NCBI GenBank assembly: GCA_951406725.2
Contig: OX597814.1
Location: forward strand, 134,106,001-134,170,000
From: Octopus vulgaris
Taxonomy: Eukaryota
DNA: 64,000 nt
Direction: 5' to 3'
The position numbers and the translations under genes were made by a program. This document shows, in pieces, positions 41,183-53,293 of this stretch. Positions within the stretch are counted from its first letter, which is position 1. Every line of letters starts with the position of its first letter. The notes beneath the pieces were generated by a model. That model did not search any database, was not told the origin of the DNA, and saw nothing but the letters and a program-made list of their open reading frames with translations.

Positions 41183-41853
41183 AAACAAATAAGTAACAAG
41201 GATGTCCAAGCATCAGTGTATTACGGCCGTTTCAAGCGGCTCCTTTTTATCGATCGATGAAACCATTACATCATTTTGAAATAAACTGGTCTCCTCGGGT
41301 GCAGATTAGCATATAGATTTCCAGCATATAGGATACACCATTATAATTTTTTAGCAAATTTTTCATCAGTACTAGAGACTAAAATAATTACATTGCTTCT
41401 CTTTGCTATTTTTGTAGCAGAATGAACTTAGGGGGGAAAATACTTAAAGCCTACTATAATAGGCTTTAAGGGGTTGTAAAATACATGCTGCATTGAGTCT
41501 TTTGAATGTGATAAGGATAAAGATGAATGTAGCCATTCCTTTTTCTTGACTCCCATTATTTTCTTCTGCCACTCTGAATTATAGTAGGCTTTAAGTATTT
41601 TCCCTAAATTCATTCTGCCACACAAAAGCGAAGAAAAGCAATGTAATTATTTCAATGTCTAGTACTGATGAAAAAATTTCTAAAAAATTATAATGGTGTA
41701 CCTTGTATGTTGGAAATCTATATGGTCGTCTGCACCGAGAAGAGCGGTTTGTTTCAAATTGATGTTATGTTCTCATTGATCGATAAAATAATGGAGTCGC
41801 TTGAAACTGCCGTAATGCACTGATACCTGGACATCCTTGTTATTTATTTGCTT
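41183..41853. repeat. Long inverted repeat (arms 41183-41460 and 41578-41853, ~117-nt spacer)
   Basis: aaacaaataagtaacaaggatgtcca...gaaaatacttaaagcctactataat mirrored by attatagtaggctttaagtattttcc...tggacatccttgttatttatttgctt. Confidence 0.92.
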
Positions 41854-42402
41854 CGTGTATATATATATTGCTAAATCATTATTCTTAGCCTTTATAACCA
41901 CAATAACAGCATGCCTCTCTCTCTATATATATAAGTATATATATATGTATGTGTGTGTGTGTATGTAAACGTATCTATATATTAACACACTAAAGCTAAA
42001 TGCGCTATACTTTCACGTGGTTAGTTGAAGGAAGAGGCGAAAAGCAAGTGAAAAAGAGTGAGGGAGGCGTGTTAACGACGTGGGGTAGGGGGAAGCAATA
42101 GTTATTACATGGTTAAAAAGTCAGGTGAGGGGAGGGATACAGTGGAACAAAGTTAGAAATACAATGTTTTACAGAGGGGTGATGTTCTGGTGGTGAGATT
42201 AAAGAAAGGTAGAGAGAGAAAGGCACGGAGAGAGAGGCAGTTATATCGAAGGTGAGAAGCAGAGAGAGATACATTAAGCTGTTACTTGATTAGTAGAAGT
42301 AAGAAGTGAAGAGGGTGATGGCATGGGTAAAACGTTTGTTGACGTCAAAAGTAGAGAGAAAAAGAAATACAAAGTGTTTAGTTGAGGAAATTTTAGACAT
42401 CA

Positions 42403-42837
42403 TCTCTTATGATAAAAGGCAGATTTTCTCTGCCTGTTCCCATGTTCCTTTTTAATACAATTCTACAATATAGAATTTCTTCAATTGGAATTTATCTATG
42501 ATTTTTCGAAGTAGATTCGATAAGGTCATGGTATATAAAGTTTTTTCAATTTGCGCCCCCCCCCCCCCCACAATTAAGCAAAAATTCGAGAAAGCTCAAT
42601 ATTTTACGATTTGCCCCTCTCATTTCAAGTGGTTTACTCCTGCTATTGCCACCACACTTTCTCCTACTTTCTCTTTGCAAGTATGAAACTATTAAAGTGA
42701 AAGTATTATATGCCAGGGATGAGCCATTAATAGTGGTCATCCTTTTTGCTCGAGGAATATCCGCTATGGTCTTATATGCTACACCACTGGTTTTCAATTC
42801 ATATTAATCAAATTAATATTCAATTTTTCACCCTTAT

Positions 42838-42884
<47 letters not shown>

Positions 42885-45398
42885 TAGCAATTCGTATAAA
42901 ATTGCATCAATGACTTGAACTTGAATAAGTGGTTTCACATAAATGGGGATAAATTAAAAAGGTTTGTTATTATTATTACTGTTTGACTATTGTACTCACG
43001 TTTGTTGGTTCCTCGTCAGGGAAACGTTGTTGTGTTGCATTTGTTAAATAATTGTAAACCGTAACCCTCCCCCTTTCGGAGAAGGGGCTTTGGTTATTGT
43101 TTCAAAATTGAATTGTGTCCCTGTTTGGGGAAATTGACAATATTTTCACCGTCTTTACGGAAGCATTTTTGTTAAAATGCCTTCGGTAGAAGAAAGTCCA
43201 AAAATGAATTTCGCTGCAGCCGTACACTTCTATACAAGAGGGAGGACAAGATACAATTGATCGAAATTGCAAGAGACGGGCCTACAATTCCAGTCTGTTA
43301 TATATTTTTAGTATTGTTATCACTAGCGATATCAAGATATAACTTTGTATTTTGTATTTTATGTGTAGATGTATATATATAGATGTACATGTAATATGTA
43401 CACATATATATACACATATATACATGCATAATATATCTACCCATACACACATACGCACACACACACACATACATAGGTCCTGGGTTCAGTCCCACTGTGT
43501 GGTGACTTGGCATGTGTCTTCTGCTGTAGCTTCAGACCAACAAAAGCCTTCTCAGTGGATTTTATACATATATACAGGCATACATACATATATATACATG
43601 CATACGTACATATTCGGCATAAACACTCTACCACTACAACTAATAACTGTTGGGAACACTTTCAAACCTGCCTTACATTCGAACCGGAATCTCAAAAACA
43701 TTGTCCCCTTCAGCTCCAAGCTCAACTGCTCTATCCTGACATGGAGGGTATCAGCAATGAAATCTATAACAAAACACTCATTGACGTTGAAGACAGAATT
43801 GCTAAACTGGGTGGAAAAGAATTGTCGACGTATGGCCTGCCACAAGCCTTCAGCTCAGGGTCAAATAGCCTTCCCACTGCTGTCATTCGTGAAACAACCT
43901 ACGACACTCAAGCGCTTTCAAAGTACATTGTTGAAAATGAGCCTAAATTACTTCCGGACCAGCTGCAGGCCTACAGAATTATTCTTAACAGTGTACGCCA
44001 ACGCGAGGGACGAATCTTCTTCGTCGATGCTCTAGGAGGGACAGGAAAAACATTTATTACAAAGCTTTTCCTTGCAGAAGTTAGGTAGCATCAGGACATT
44101 GCAATAGCTGTAGCCTCCTCTGGCATTGCAGCTACTTTGTTACCCGGTGGCAGGACAGCACACTCAACTTTTAAACTCCCTCTCAATTTAGCAGCATCCG
44201 AAATGCCTTCATGCAACATCAACAAAAGCTCAGATCAGGGACAAGTACTTAAAATGTGTTATGTAATTGTCTGAGATGAGTGCACTATGGCTCACAAGGG
44301 AGCTTTGGAAGCATTAGATAGAGCCCTGAAAGACATCCGAGACTGTCAGGCTCCAATGGGAGGTGTAACGCTTCTGTTGTCAGGTGATTTCAGGCAAACT
44401 CTTCCTGTCATTCCAAAAGGCACTAGAGCTGATGAAGTTCAAGCATGCCTAAAGTCTTCTATCCTGTGGCATCATGTTACATTCTTTAGTCTCACCACTA
44501 ACATGAGAGCTCAGCTACACGGCGACAAAATGTCCACAAAGTTTGCACATGACATTTTGACACTTGGTGAAGGCAAGATGCCTCTCGATGCTGCAGGACA
44601 AATGGAAGTGTGGTCATTTTCCTCTGTTGTTAATTCTGTAGATGACCTCAAAAACAAAGTCTTTCCCAACTTCACACAAAACTACCAAAATCACAATTGG
44701 CTGTGTGAAAGAGCAATATTAGCTCCAAAAAACGTCGCTGTTAACAAAATTAATCAACAGCTAATGCATTCTCTTCCCGGCACTATACACACTTACAAGT
44801 CTGTTGATACAATTCCAGATATAAATGAAATTGTGAACTATCCTCCTGAATTTCTCAATTCACTGGAGCCTCCTCGACTACCTCCACACATATTACCACT
44901 TAAAGTTGGAACTCCTGTAATGCTATTCCGCAATCTGGAACCACCAAGACTTTGCAATGGAACACGACTGGTGATAAAGAAAATGATATCACACGTTATC
45001 GAGGCGATCATTCTTTCTGGATGTGGAAAAGGTGATGACGTCTTTATTCCAAGATTTCCTCTTACTCCATCAGGTGCAGAAATTCCATTTACATTCAGAA
45101 GTCTGCAATTCCCCCTTCGTGTCAGCTTTGCCATGTCCATTAACAAATTTCAGGGTCAAACCCTCTCTGTAGCTGGTCTTCTCTTGGAAGAACCCTGCTT
45201 CTCGCATAGGCAACTGTATGTTGGCTGTTCAAGAGTAGGAACCAAAAGAAACCTTTTTGTATATGCTCCACAAGGAAAAACAAGGAACGTTGTTTACAAC
45301 GAGGTGTTATAATCTTAACAGCCAGCAGGTATATACATGATCCCCCTTTTTTTAACAAACTTCATGTACTTTCATGTATTTATATTAATATACATATA

Positions 45399-45441
<43 letters not shown>

Positions 45442-45517
45442 CCATATATATATATATAACAGAAAAGTCTAATTCTTCTATTGAATGTAACCGGGCAACG
45501 CCGGGTATCTCTACTAG
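42403..45517 (+). mobile_element. Helitron, internally deleted (no Rep domain seen, helicase retained)
   Basis: 5' A|TCTCTTATGATAAAAGGCAG; 3' hairpin ccgggcaacgccggg then CTAG|T at 45514-45517; Pif1-family helicase inside. The 5' boundary is less certain than the 3' one. Confidence 0.82.
43620..45312 (+). pseudogene. Helitron Pif1-like SF1B helicase, interrupted by in-frame stops
   Basis: FFVDALGGTGKTF (Walker A), AVASSGIAATLLPGGRTAHSTFKLP, LSGDFRQTLPV, RAILAPKN, LCNGTRL, QFPLRVSFAMSINKFQGQTL, QLYVGCSRV. Stops at 44086 and ~44272. Confidence 0.92.
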
Positions 45518-46579
45518 TATAATATATTAATATGACTGACAAGGAACTAATATTTTAATATTTAAGTTTTTATATCTTCTATCTATCGATCTATTTATCT
45601 ATTAATTTACATTGACAAACATCGATGGCTAGACGGAAGGAAGGCTTATATTAGAAACGATAATAAACTTATTAGAAACAGAAAGATAGATTTTTCAAAG
45701 AAAGTTATATAAATAAGCAACATATCTGAGGTAGTTTTTTGGGTTTTTTTGTTTTTGCAATTTGGTGGGGGGGGGGGGGTCTTTGAGTAGAAAGATACAT
45801 CAACAGCAAGAAAAGTAGATATGAAACAAACAACTGAAACTGAAATCAAATCAAATCAAAATATTCTTGGTTGGTAAACAATTTAGACTGAGCTTTTTTT
45901 ATTGAAAACTAAAGTGACGATGGTGGTAATGATAGTGACAACGGTGGCGGCGCGGTGGTAGTGGTGGTGGTGGCGGCGGCGGCGGCGATGGTGAGCGGAT
46001 ATCGCCCATCACTTAACGAATGTGCATAAGTACAATTATTTATTGTCTGCTCGCTTGAAAACTGATATTCGTTTATAAAACGTGGATGACAGACAACTTA
46101 TGCTAGCAAGAAACAGAATGAGATGGCATAGGCAACGACGTAAAGGGGAAACAGAGGGTGAAATCACTAGAACAAGCATGGGACCAACAATGTAGAAGGG
46201 AAAATATGAATGAAAGAGAATACAGTGAGTATTTACAACAGATAGAAGAACGAGCTCAAAATAGAATAGAAAATGAAAATGTGAGAGACCGCCAAAACAA
46301 ATTGCAGACATATAGTTAAAAGCTACAACATTGATGACATAAATATTGTCTGTAATTCATAAATAAACATATGAACTGCTGAAGAATGGGAGAGTCATCC
46401 TCCCTCAATTACAACCTTATTCAGAAGAACTAAAATTGTTTTCCTTTTTTTTAAAATTAAAATAATGTAGAATTTCAAAAGTAACACTTATTTTTATGGT
46501 TCTATATAAACTTCCAACAATCTAAAAAGATTTCGTATTTACCGTGGAATTTCCATGGGTACTACCAGTCTAATATTAA

Positions 46580-46920
46580 CTAGTGGGACCCGTGGAAGTT
46601 CCACGGAATGGAAAAAATTAAGAGGACCTAAAAGATGATTTGCATTTTTATAGCATTCATAGTTTAGCTTTCTTTAAATATTCTTGACGTTCGTCTACAT
46701 TCATTTCCTAACGTAAAGTTAGACGAAATGCCGCAAAACATTTGCATGTATAAATTAGGTGAATTCTATAATGTAGATTCTTAATGGAAATCATTTGCAC
46801 GCGGGTGACGCTACATTCAGTTCAAGTAGCCATCTATCTCTCATATTCAGCATATGAACATGGTTTTCGTACGAGATAGAAATTCGTATAGAGGGGTGTG
46901 CTTTAAAACACAATATATAG
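46580..46920 (-). mobile_element. Probable non-autonomous Helitron
   Basis: Minus-strand 3' end ccgtggaacttccacgg-gtccca-CTAG|T; 5' end reads ctatatattgtgttttaaagc near 46920. Confidence 0.55.
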
Positions 46921-47004
46921 TGGATGTCGTAGGGAAATTAAAAAATCTTTCCAGCAATGGTTACCACAAGTGTTTTATATATATTGGCCTTTTAAGGTCT
47001 TGTT

Positions 47005-48490
47005 GAGGCGGGGACTGGCAGAATCGTTAGCCCGCCGGACAAGATGCTTAGCAACACTTCGTCTGTCACGTTCTGAGTTCAAATTCCGCCAAGGTCGATT
47101 TTGCCTTTCTTTCTTTCGGTGTTGATAACATACTATGGGTACCCAAAAGAAACCAGAATTTTGCAATATTATTTTATTCACTTAGTTTTGCACATTCACA
47201 CTTTAATCACCTTCAAAGTATTCTCCATTTGAGGCAATGCATTGGTCCAGACGCGTTTTCCTCTGTTGGAAGCAGTGCTGGAACTCTGCGAAGTGATGCC
47301 TTTTAACGCTTCCGTCGTCTTTTTTTTCCTTCGCCCCTTCCACTTCTGCAAAACGTTTTCCTTTAAGAATATTTTCATTCAGGAAAACAAAAAAAGTCAC
47401 AGGGAGAAAGATCGGGTGAGTATGGATGGTGGGTAAGTGGATCATGCATTCAGTTGTGACTGCTTTTGATCTTCCGTGAGCAAGCAAGGCACACATTTTG
47501 CTGCAACTCTTTTCACTCGCAATTCCTCGTTTAAAATTCATTGGCAGGAGCTCCAGAACACATCAATCATATCAACAAGCTCGTCAATTGTTCGGTGATG
47601 GTCCTCCAAGATCAGTTCATGCATTTTCGTGATATTTTCATTCGTGTGGTGGTGTTGACGGTCGCCCTTAACAAGATTGGTCTTCAAGTGACAAGTGACC
47701 ATTCCTAAAGCGTGAAAACCACTCCCAAACTTGTGGCCGCATCTCTAAACTGTTTCGGCCGAAACAGTTTTTGCTTTCACCAGTTGACGACGCTGGTCGG
47801 CAGATTGATACTTGAGGGTTGCAATAAGTGACTTCTAGCGGCGGAAGCCTGAACTACAATGAGCTTGCCCCACAGAGAACGTTTCCGGTTACTTTTGGAT
47901 ACCTACTCGTAAGTACCAGTTGAGTACTGGGGTCGATGCAATCAACTATCTCCCTCCCCCAAATTTTAGGTTTTGTGCCTATAGTAGAAAAGATCATTAT
48001 TATTGTCGTGCTTGTTGTTGGTGTTGTTGTTAAGGCAACGGGTTGGCAGAATCGTTAGTACACCGGACAAAATGATGTTAAGAATTTCGTCCGTCTTCAC
48101 ATTCTGAGTTCAAATTCTGCCGATGTCGACTTTGCCTTTCATCGTTTCGGGGGTCGATAAAATAAGTAGCAGTTGAGTACTGAGGTCGATACAACCCCCA
48201 CCCCAAAATTTAAGGCTTTGTGCCTATAGTAGAAAGGATTCTTATTGCTGTTGTTGCTGTTGCTGTTGTTGCCGTTGTTGTTAAGGCCGCGAGCTGGGAG
48301 AATCGTTAGCACACAGGACAAAGTGCTTAGCGGCATTTCGCCTATCTTTATGTTCTGAGTTCAAGTTTCGACTTCTCATTTCATCCTTCCGGGGCCAATA
48401 AAGTAAGTGCCAGTTCAGCACTGGGTTCGATTAAATCGATTTCTCCCCTCCCCACCCACCATAATATTTCTGATCGCATACCAAAATTTG
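47005..48490 (+). mobile_element. Cluster of three family B SINEs (47005-47995 split by a mariner; 48031-48240; 48283-48490)
   Basis: Repeated family B consensus separated by (GTT)-rich tracts. Confidence 0.85.
47133..47909 (-). mobile_element. Internally deleted mariner inserted at a TA inside a SINE
   Basis: TIRs gggtacccaaaagaaaccagaa / ttccggttacttttggatacc; TA duplicated at 47131-47132 and 47910-47911. Translates to ENITKMHELILEDHHRTIDEL and C-terminal KTRLDQCIASNGEYFEGD. Confidence 0.9.
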
Positions 48491-48559
48491 AAACCACCAC
48501 TACTACTGCTACTACTACTACTACTACTAATGAGTCTCCGGTTCATTATTATTATCACA

Positions 48560-48626
<67 letters not shown>

Positions 48627-48764
48627 TGTGTGAGAGTGCAGCGCATGGTATCAAAGTAACACTGGTGTACAAATATACGAAGCCCAATATACCTATCATG
48701 ACTACCTCTCTGAAAGGGGTACACTAGACACATGCTTCACAACCGTATGTCCGCGACATGGTGA

Positions 48765-48854
<90 letters not shown>

Positions 48855-48857
<3 letters not shown>

Positions 48858-49075
48858 TAATCCCTCGCCATCGCGGTTCACCTATCGCAGTTTATTATTT
48901 AAGTTTACATCGATTCCTCTGTGGCGTCGTTTTGTATTTATAATAAAATAGATAAATACAAATTATAAAAATAATTTTAAAATTATACAATACAGTACTG
49001 TTTCTGCTTCGCGGATTTTTTATCTATCGCGGGACGTTTTGGAACGTAACACCAGCGATAGTCGAGGGATTACTG
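48855..49075. mobile_element. Tigger/pogo-type MITE (~220 bp)
   Basis: TIR agtaatccctcg / cgagggattactg followed by TA; non-coding; embedded in (TA)n. Confidence 0.8.
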
Positions 49076-49085
49076 TATGTTTATG

Positions 49086-49204
<119 letters not shown>

Positions 49205-49393
49205 GTATATACCACATGTGAATCGTTGGCGATTTTCTTCCTCCGTCTTCCCTTCTATTGGACTTCCCTCTGTTTGCGAAGAAGAGCGTCGGCTCGAAAC
49301 GTTAATCCATCATCTTTTCCTTTCCTGAAAGCCTCTGCTAATATACTTTACATGTGTCACATGTATATAATAATATAATATATATAATAATAT

Positions 49394-49460
<67 letters not shown>

Positions 49461-49700
49461 TATATACGTACATATATGTACATACCTGCATATATATGTA
49501 TATATACGTTCATATATGGGTACAGGACATCAAAAAAACGTTGAAGAAAATGAGAAACGAAAACATAAACGCAAAAACATAGAAACGAACTTTTTTTTCA
49601 AACAACGAAAATAAGTGTGAAACAAGACATACAACACAAGGAATATTCCCCTTCTTCAGTTGTCCCTGTTTCATCTACTCCGCGTTACGTAGGTAAGAAC

Positions 49701-49811
<111 letters not shown>

Positions 49812-50774
49812 CACAATATATTTCAAACATATGCATCAATAATACATATACGTGGTTTGATCAATAAGTAAAATCAACCACTTTTTACAAAGGAATAAGT
49901 TTCCCACTGAAGTTTACTTTGCTTTCAGAGTCGATATATTCGACTGTGCCCCGATCCTGGCATTTGAAGTTTCTAAACCATCAATATACGAATGGTAAGT
50001 GCACCTTGATAATTACCACCTCCCGATTAGTAGATAGAATGCAAAATGGCCAGACTGTCGTACAAACTACATCCCAAACTGAGTATTGATGAGTGAAATA
50101 TAGTTTTCATAGATAGAGACTGTATATTTAGAACAGCAAGTGTGGGCCATGACGCGTTTGTCATGGAACAACAACAACTATTTTATAAAAGCATTCTCTA
50201 TATCTTACTTAACAAGGATATACTATAGATAGCCAGACAACTACAGTATTCGTATCAAGGAAGCTTTTCGTATAAGCGTATAGTACTAAAGAGTACATAG
50301 GTATATCATTAGCAGACGGAAAGTGTTCAGCAGCGGCGGTGAAATTGCTAAATCTAGATTTATGCTTCTTTTAGCGTCATCAGTAGCGTGATAAAGTATC
50401 CACTAACAATCGCATACTTAGACAAATCTAGCTTCTACTGATATATAAAAGAACAATAATTAACAAATATCTGATGTTGCAAAGAACCAGCAGGCTAGGT
50501 AAAAGCAAAATTCGTTGTTAGCAACGGACGCAGTAATAGTTCAAAATAGCATTCTGTATACATTATTTTATAATGTTTCTTATAACGGAACGGTGATTGC
50601 TTGAACTGTAGGTATCCTCTACTTTCGATCGTTGTTTTCCACAACACACACGAAGAAGCTATCTTGAGTATCAAAAGTTTGTTGGTTCTTTTTATGTCGT
50701 CCAGTCATTTCTATTTTTCCTCTGCTTAATGTCACCCATAATTATTTCAAATATATGTATCAATTATACATATA

Positions 50775-51105
50775 CGTAGTTTGATCAATAAATATCCAGA
50801 CTGTTGCCATAGTAACGACGCTAAAGCACGCAGAATAAGGCTGCTTTGCACAGATTGACCTTGAACTCTGCTGTGCATGAGCACTAAGTTTTATCGTTCT
50901 AGCTCACTTCCCCTGTTTACAGCAGTACATGGAAGGAACGTGTGTAGCGTGTGATTGTCGCATTGACCATGACAGAGAAAGCTGAGCAGAGAATCTGCAT
51001 CAAATTTTGCCAAAAGCTTCGTGATACCTGTTCAGAGGCCTACACAAAGTTGCAGAAAGTGTATGGAGAGGAGTGCATGAGCTGCACACATGTGTACTAG
51101 TGGCT
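50775..51105 (+). mobile_element. Mariner 5' end (TIR plus transposase N-terminus)
   Basis: ta|cgtagtttgatcaataaatatccagac; MTEKAEQRICIKFCQKLRDTCSEAYTKLQKVYGEECMS from ~50969. Confidence 0.85.
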
Positions 51106-51360
51106 CCATAGCCTCCAATAAAACCATAAGCGGACATCCTTTTTAAGAAGATCAAACCAAGGGAGAAAAGGGCCAGCCACTCTCACTTTCTCTCCACACA
51201 AACATACATGTGTATGTGTGTGTGTGTCTGTCTGTATGTATGTATGTCCTGGCTCTATTTTTTAGAATTTCTCGCCAAGATATGTCGGCTTCGAAACAAG
51301 AAATAAGGTTCGTACATCGTAATTTTGACATGTATGCATGCATATATGTATGCATATATG

Positions 51361-51394
<34 letters not shown>

Positions 51395-51689
51395 TGTATG
51401 TATGTATGTATGTATGTACGTACGTATGTATGAATGTATGTATACATTTATGCATATATGTATATATGCACGCATATATGTATTTATGCGTGCATGCATA
51501 TATGTATGTATGTATGCATATATGTATTTATGTATGAATACATATATGTATGTACTGTGCATATATCCGCGCATGCAGGTACAGCCTGTCATTACAAGAG
51601 TCTTGTGTTTAGGTTTATTTAAACAGATCTTTTGTATATCTATAAGTATATATATACATGCTTTGGACTAAACTTCTAACGTTTTACGT

Positions 51690-53110
51690 ATTTTCTCAAG
51701 TCAGTTAATGGCTTCTGATGATTATTTCTTAATTAGCTGGGTTCTTTGATGTTTAGCGAAGACAGCTGTGCTGAGATACTTGGCTGCATAAGCAAACAGC
51801 TCGGCAATATCGAATATAAATCGTGAAATCATGTGTGGTTTTTGCAAGTTTCTCCTTAATTCAGAATACATATTTCCTTTTCCTTTCATCATTTGCATAA
51901 TAAGCTTTTGAGGATAATTTGTTTCCACTACTGTACACACTTTCTTTGCTCCATTGTAGTTGACCTATTTTGCTTCAATTTCTACAGTGGTTTTGTCAAT
52001 TAAACTGTAGTATTATTCTTTCATGTTATATCCTCTACATCACAGTAATTCTTATATTCTGATCTGCACTATCTGTTTTGCAGATTGCATTGTATTATTT
52101 TTCTTCCGCTACCTTATATCTCATACAAAGATATTATCGTGATGAAATTGTTGGACAGTGGCTTATGATATGTATCACATCTTCGGTGTTGATTGCACAG
52201 CTTTTGTAATGATTGTCTGACTTAGGTATTTAATTTATATTCTTGGTTTGGTGGGGGGATCATTAGATATTTTGTCGTTATGTCTTGTTCCTGAAATTCC
52301 AAAACGTACTCTTCAAAGTTAGAGTTTATGTTGATGACCCAAGACAGACTGTTGACTATCATGTTTGGCAATGTTACTGTTTTCTGACAACATAGTCACT
52401 TATGGCTTTCTGTTGATAAGCGAGAATCTTTTTGTCTGATGTTATAGAGCTGCGCAAGTCTGCAGGTTGTGCAGCTCTGGACATTAATCATAGATTACTT
52501 TCTCAGGAGCTCTTTTCTAACTCCAACGATCGTATTTATCCCATGTATGCAGACTTGATCCTTGAACACAGATGCTTAGTGGTTAGTAGATTCCTTTGAA
52601 GGGATATGAGGCGATACTCAAATGTTTAACTTCTGCCTCTTTGTTTTTGCTTTAGGTAAATGTGACAATTATCACAATCGATATGAACATTTCTGGTGGT
52701 GATTATTAATTTTCATGGTTCAGATCTCATCCAACGTTCAATCGATTTGAATAAGCATTCAGCAAACAACATTCTGAGCCACTGATTTCTGAGAATTTTT
52801 TTTTTTTTTCATTTTAGTGTAACTGTTTAGTTTTTATATATTTAGCCTTGGGGGAGGTTCTACAATGGATCAACAACCGCTGAATGGAATGGGATCTTGT
52901 TTACCGCTTTCAATCTTATCTTTCTTTGGTTCTTTTTCTAAAGTTGTTGGCGTTATTGTCGCTTCCGGCGATCGTGTTGCTTGTAATGATTCTCTGAATG
53001 GTAAACTCTAGTCTGAGACAAATATCGTTTCAATCATGAATGAAAGACTTCTTCAATGGATGTGATCGGAAGAATAAACAGTTATTTAAGGTTGATGCTT
53101 GTAAACTTAA
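51690..53110 (-). mobile_element. Heavily decayed LINE (AP-endonuclease to RT region), clade uncertain
   Basis: Microsatellite-free block with minus-strand A-richness and scattered LINE-like peptides; no intact motif. Confidence 0.35.
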
Positions 53111-53220
53111 TGTTAGAGATGGTATTCATTGCAAATTTAAATATGTCTTCCACACCAAGCAATGTCAGTTCATGTCGAGGGAGTGATGTATACAAGTATA
53201 TGTGCATGTATCTTGTCTTC

Positions 53221-53293
<73 letters not shown>

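Noticed and set aside
43507-45312. Host PIF1 helicase gene
   Set aside because: Intronless, interrupted by stops, and followed by a Helitron hairpin and CTAG terminus.
49929-49994. Discoidin (F5/8)-like peptide RYIRLCP..SWH in the exon-like segment
   Set aside because: It needs a frameshift and is too short to support a domain call.
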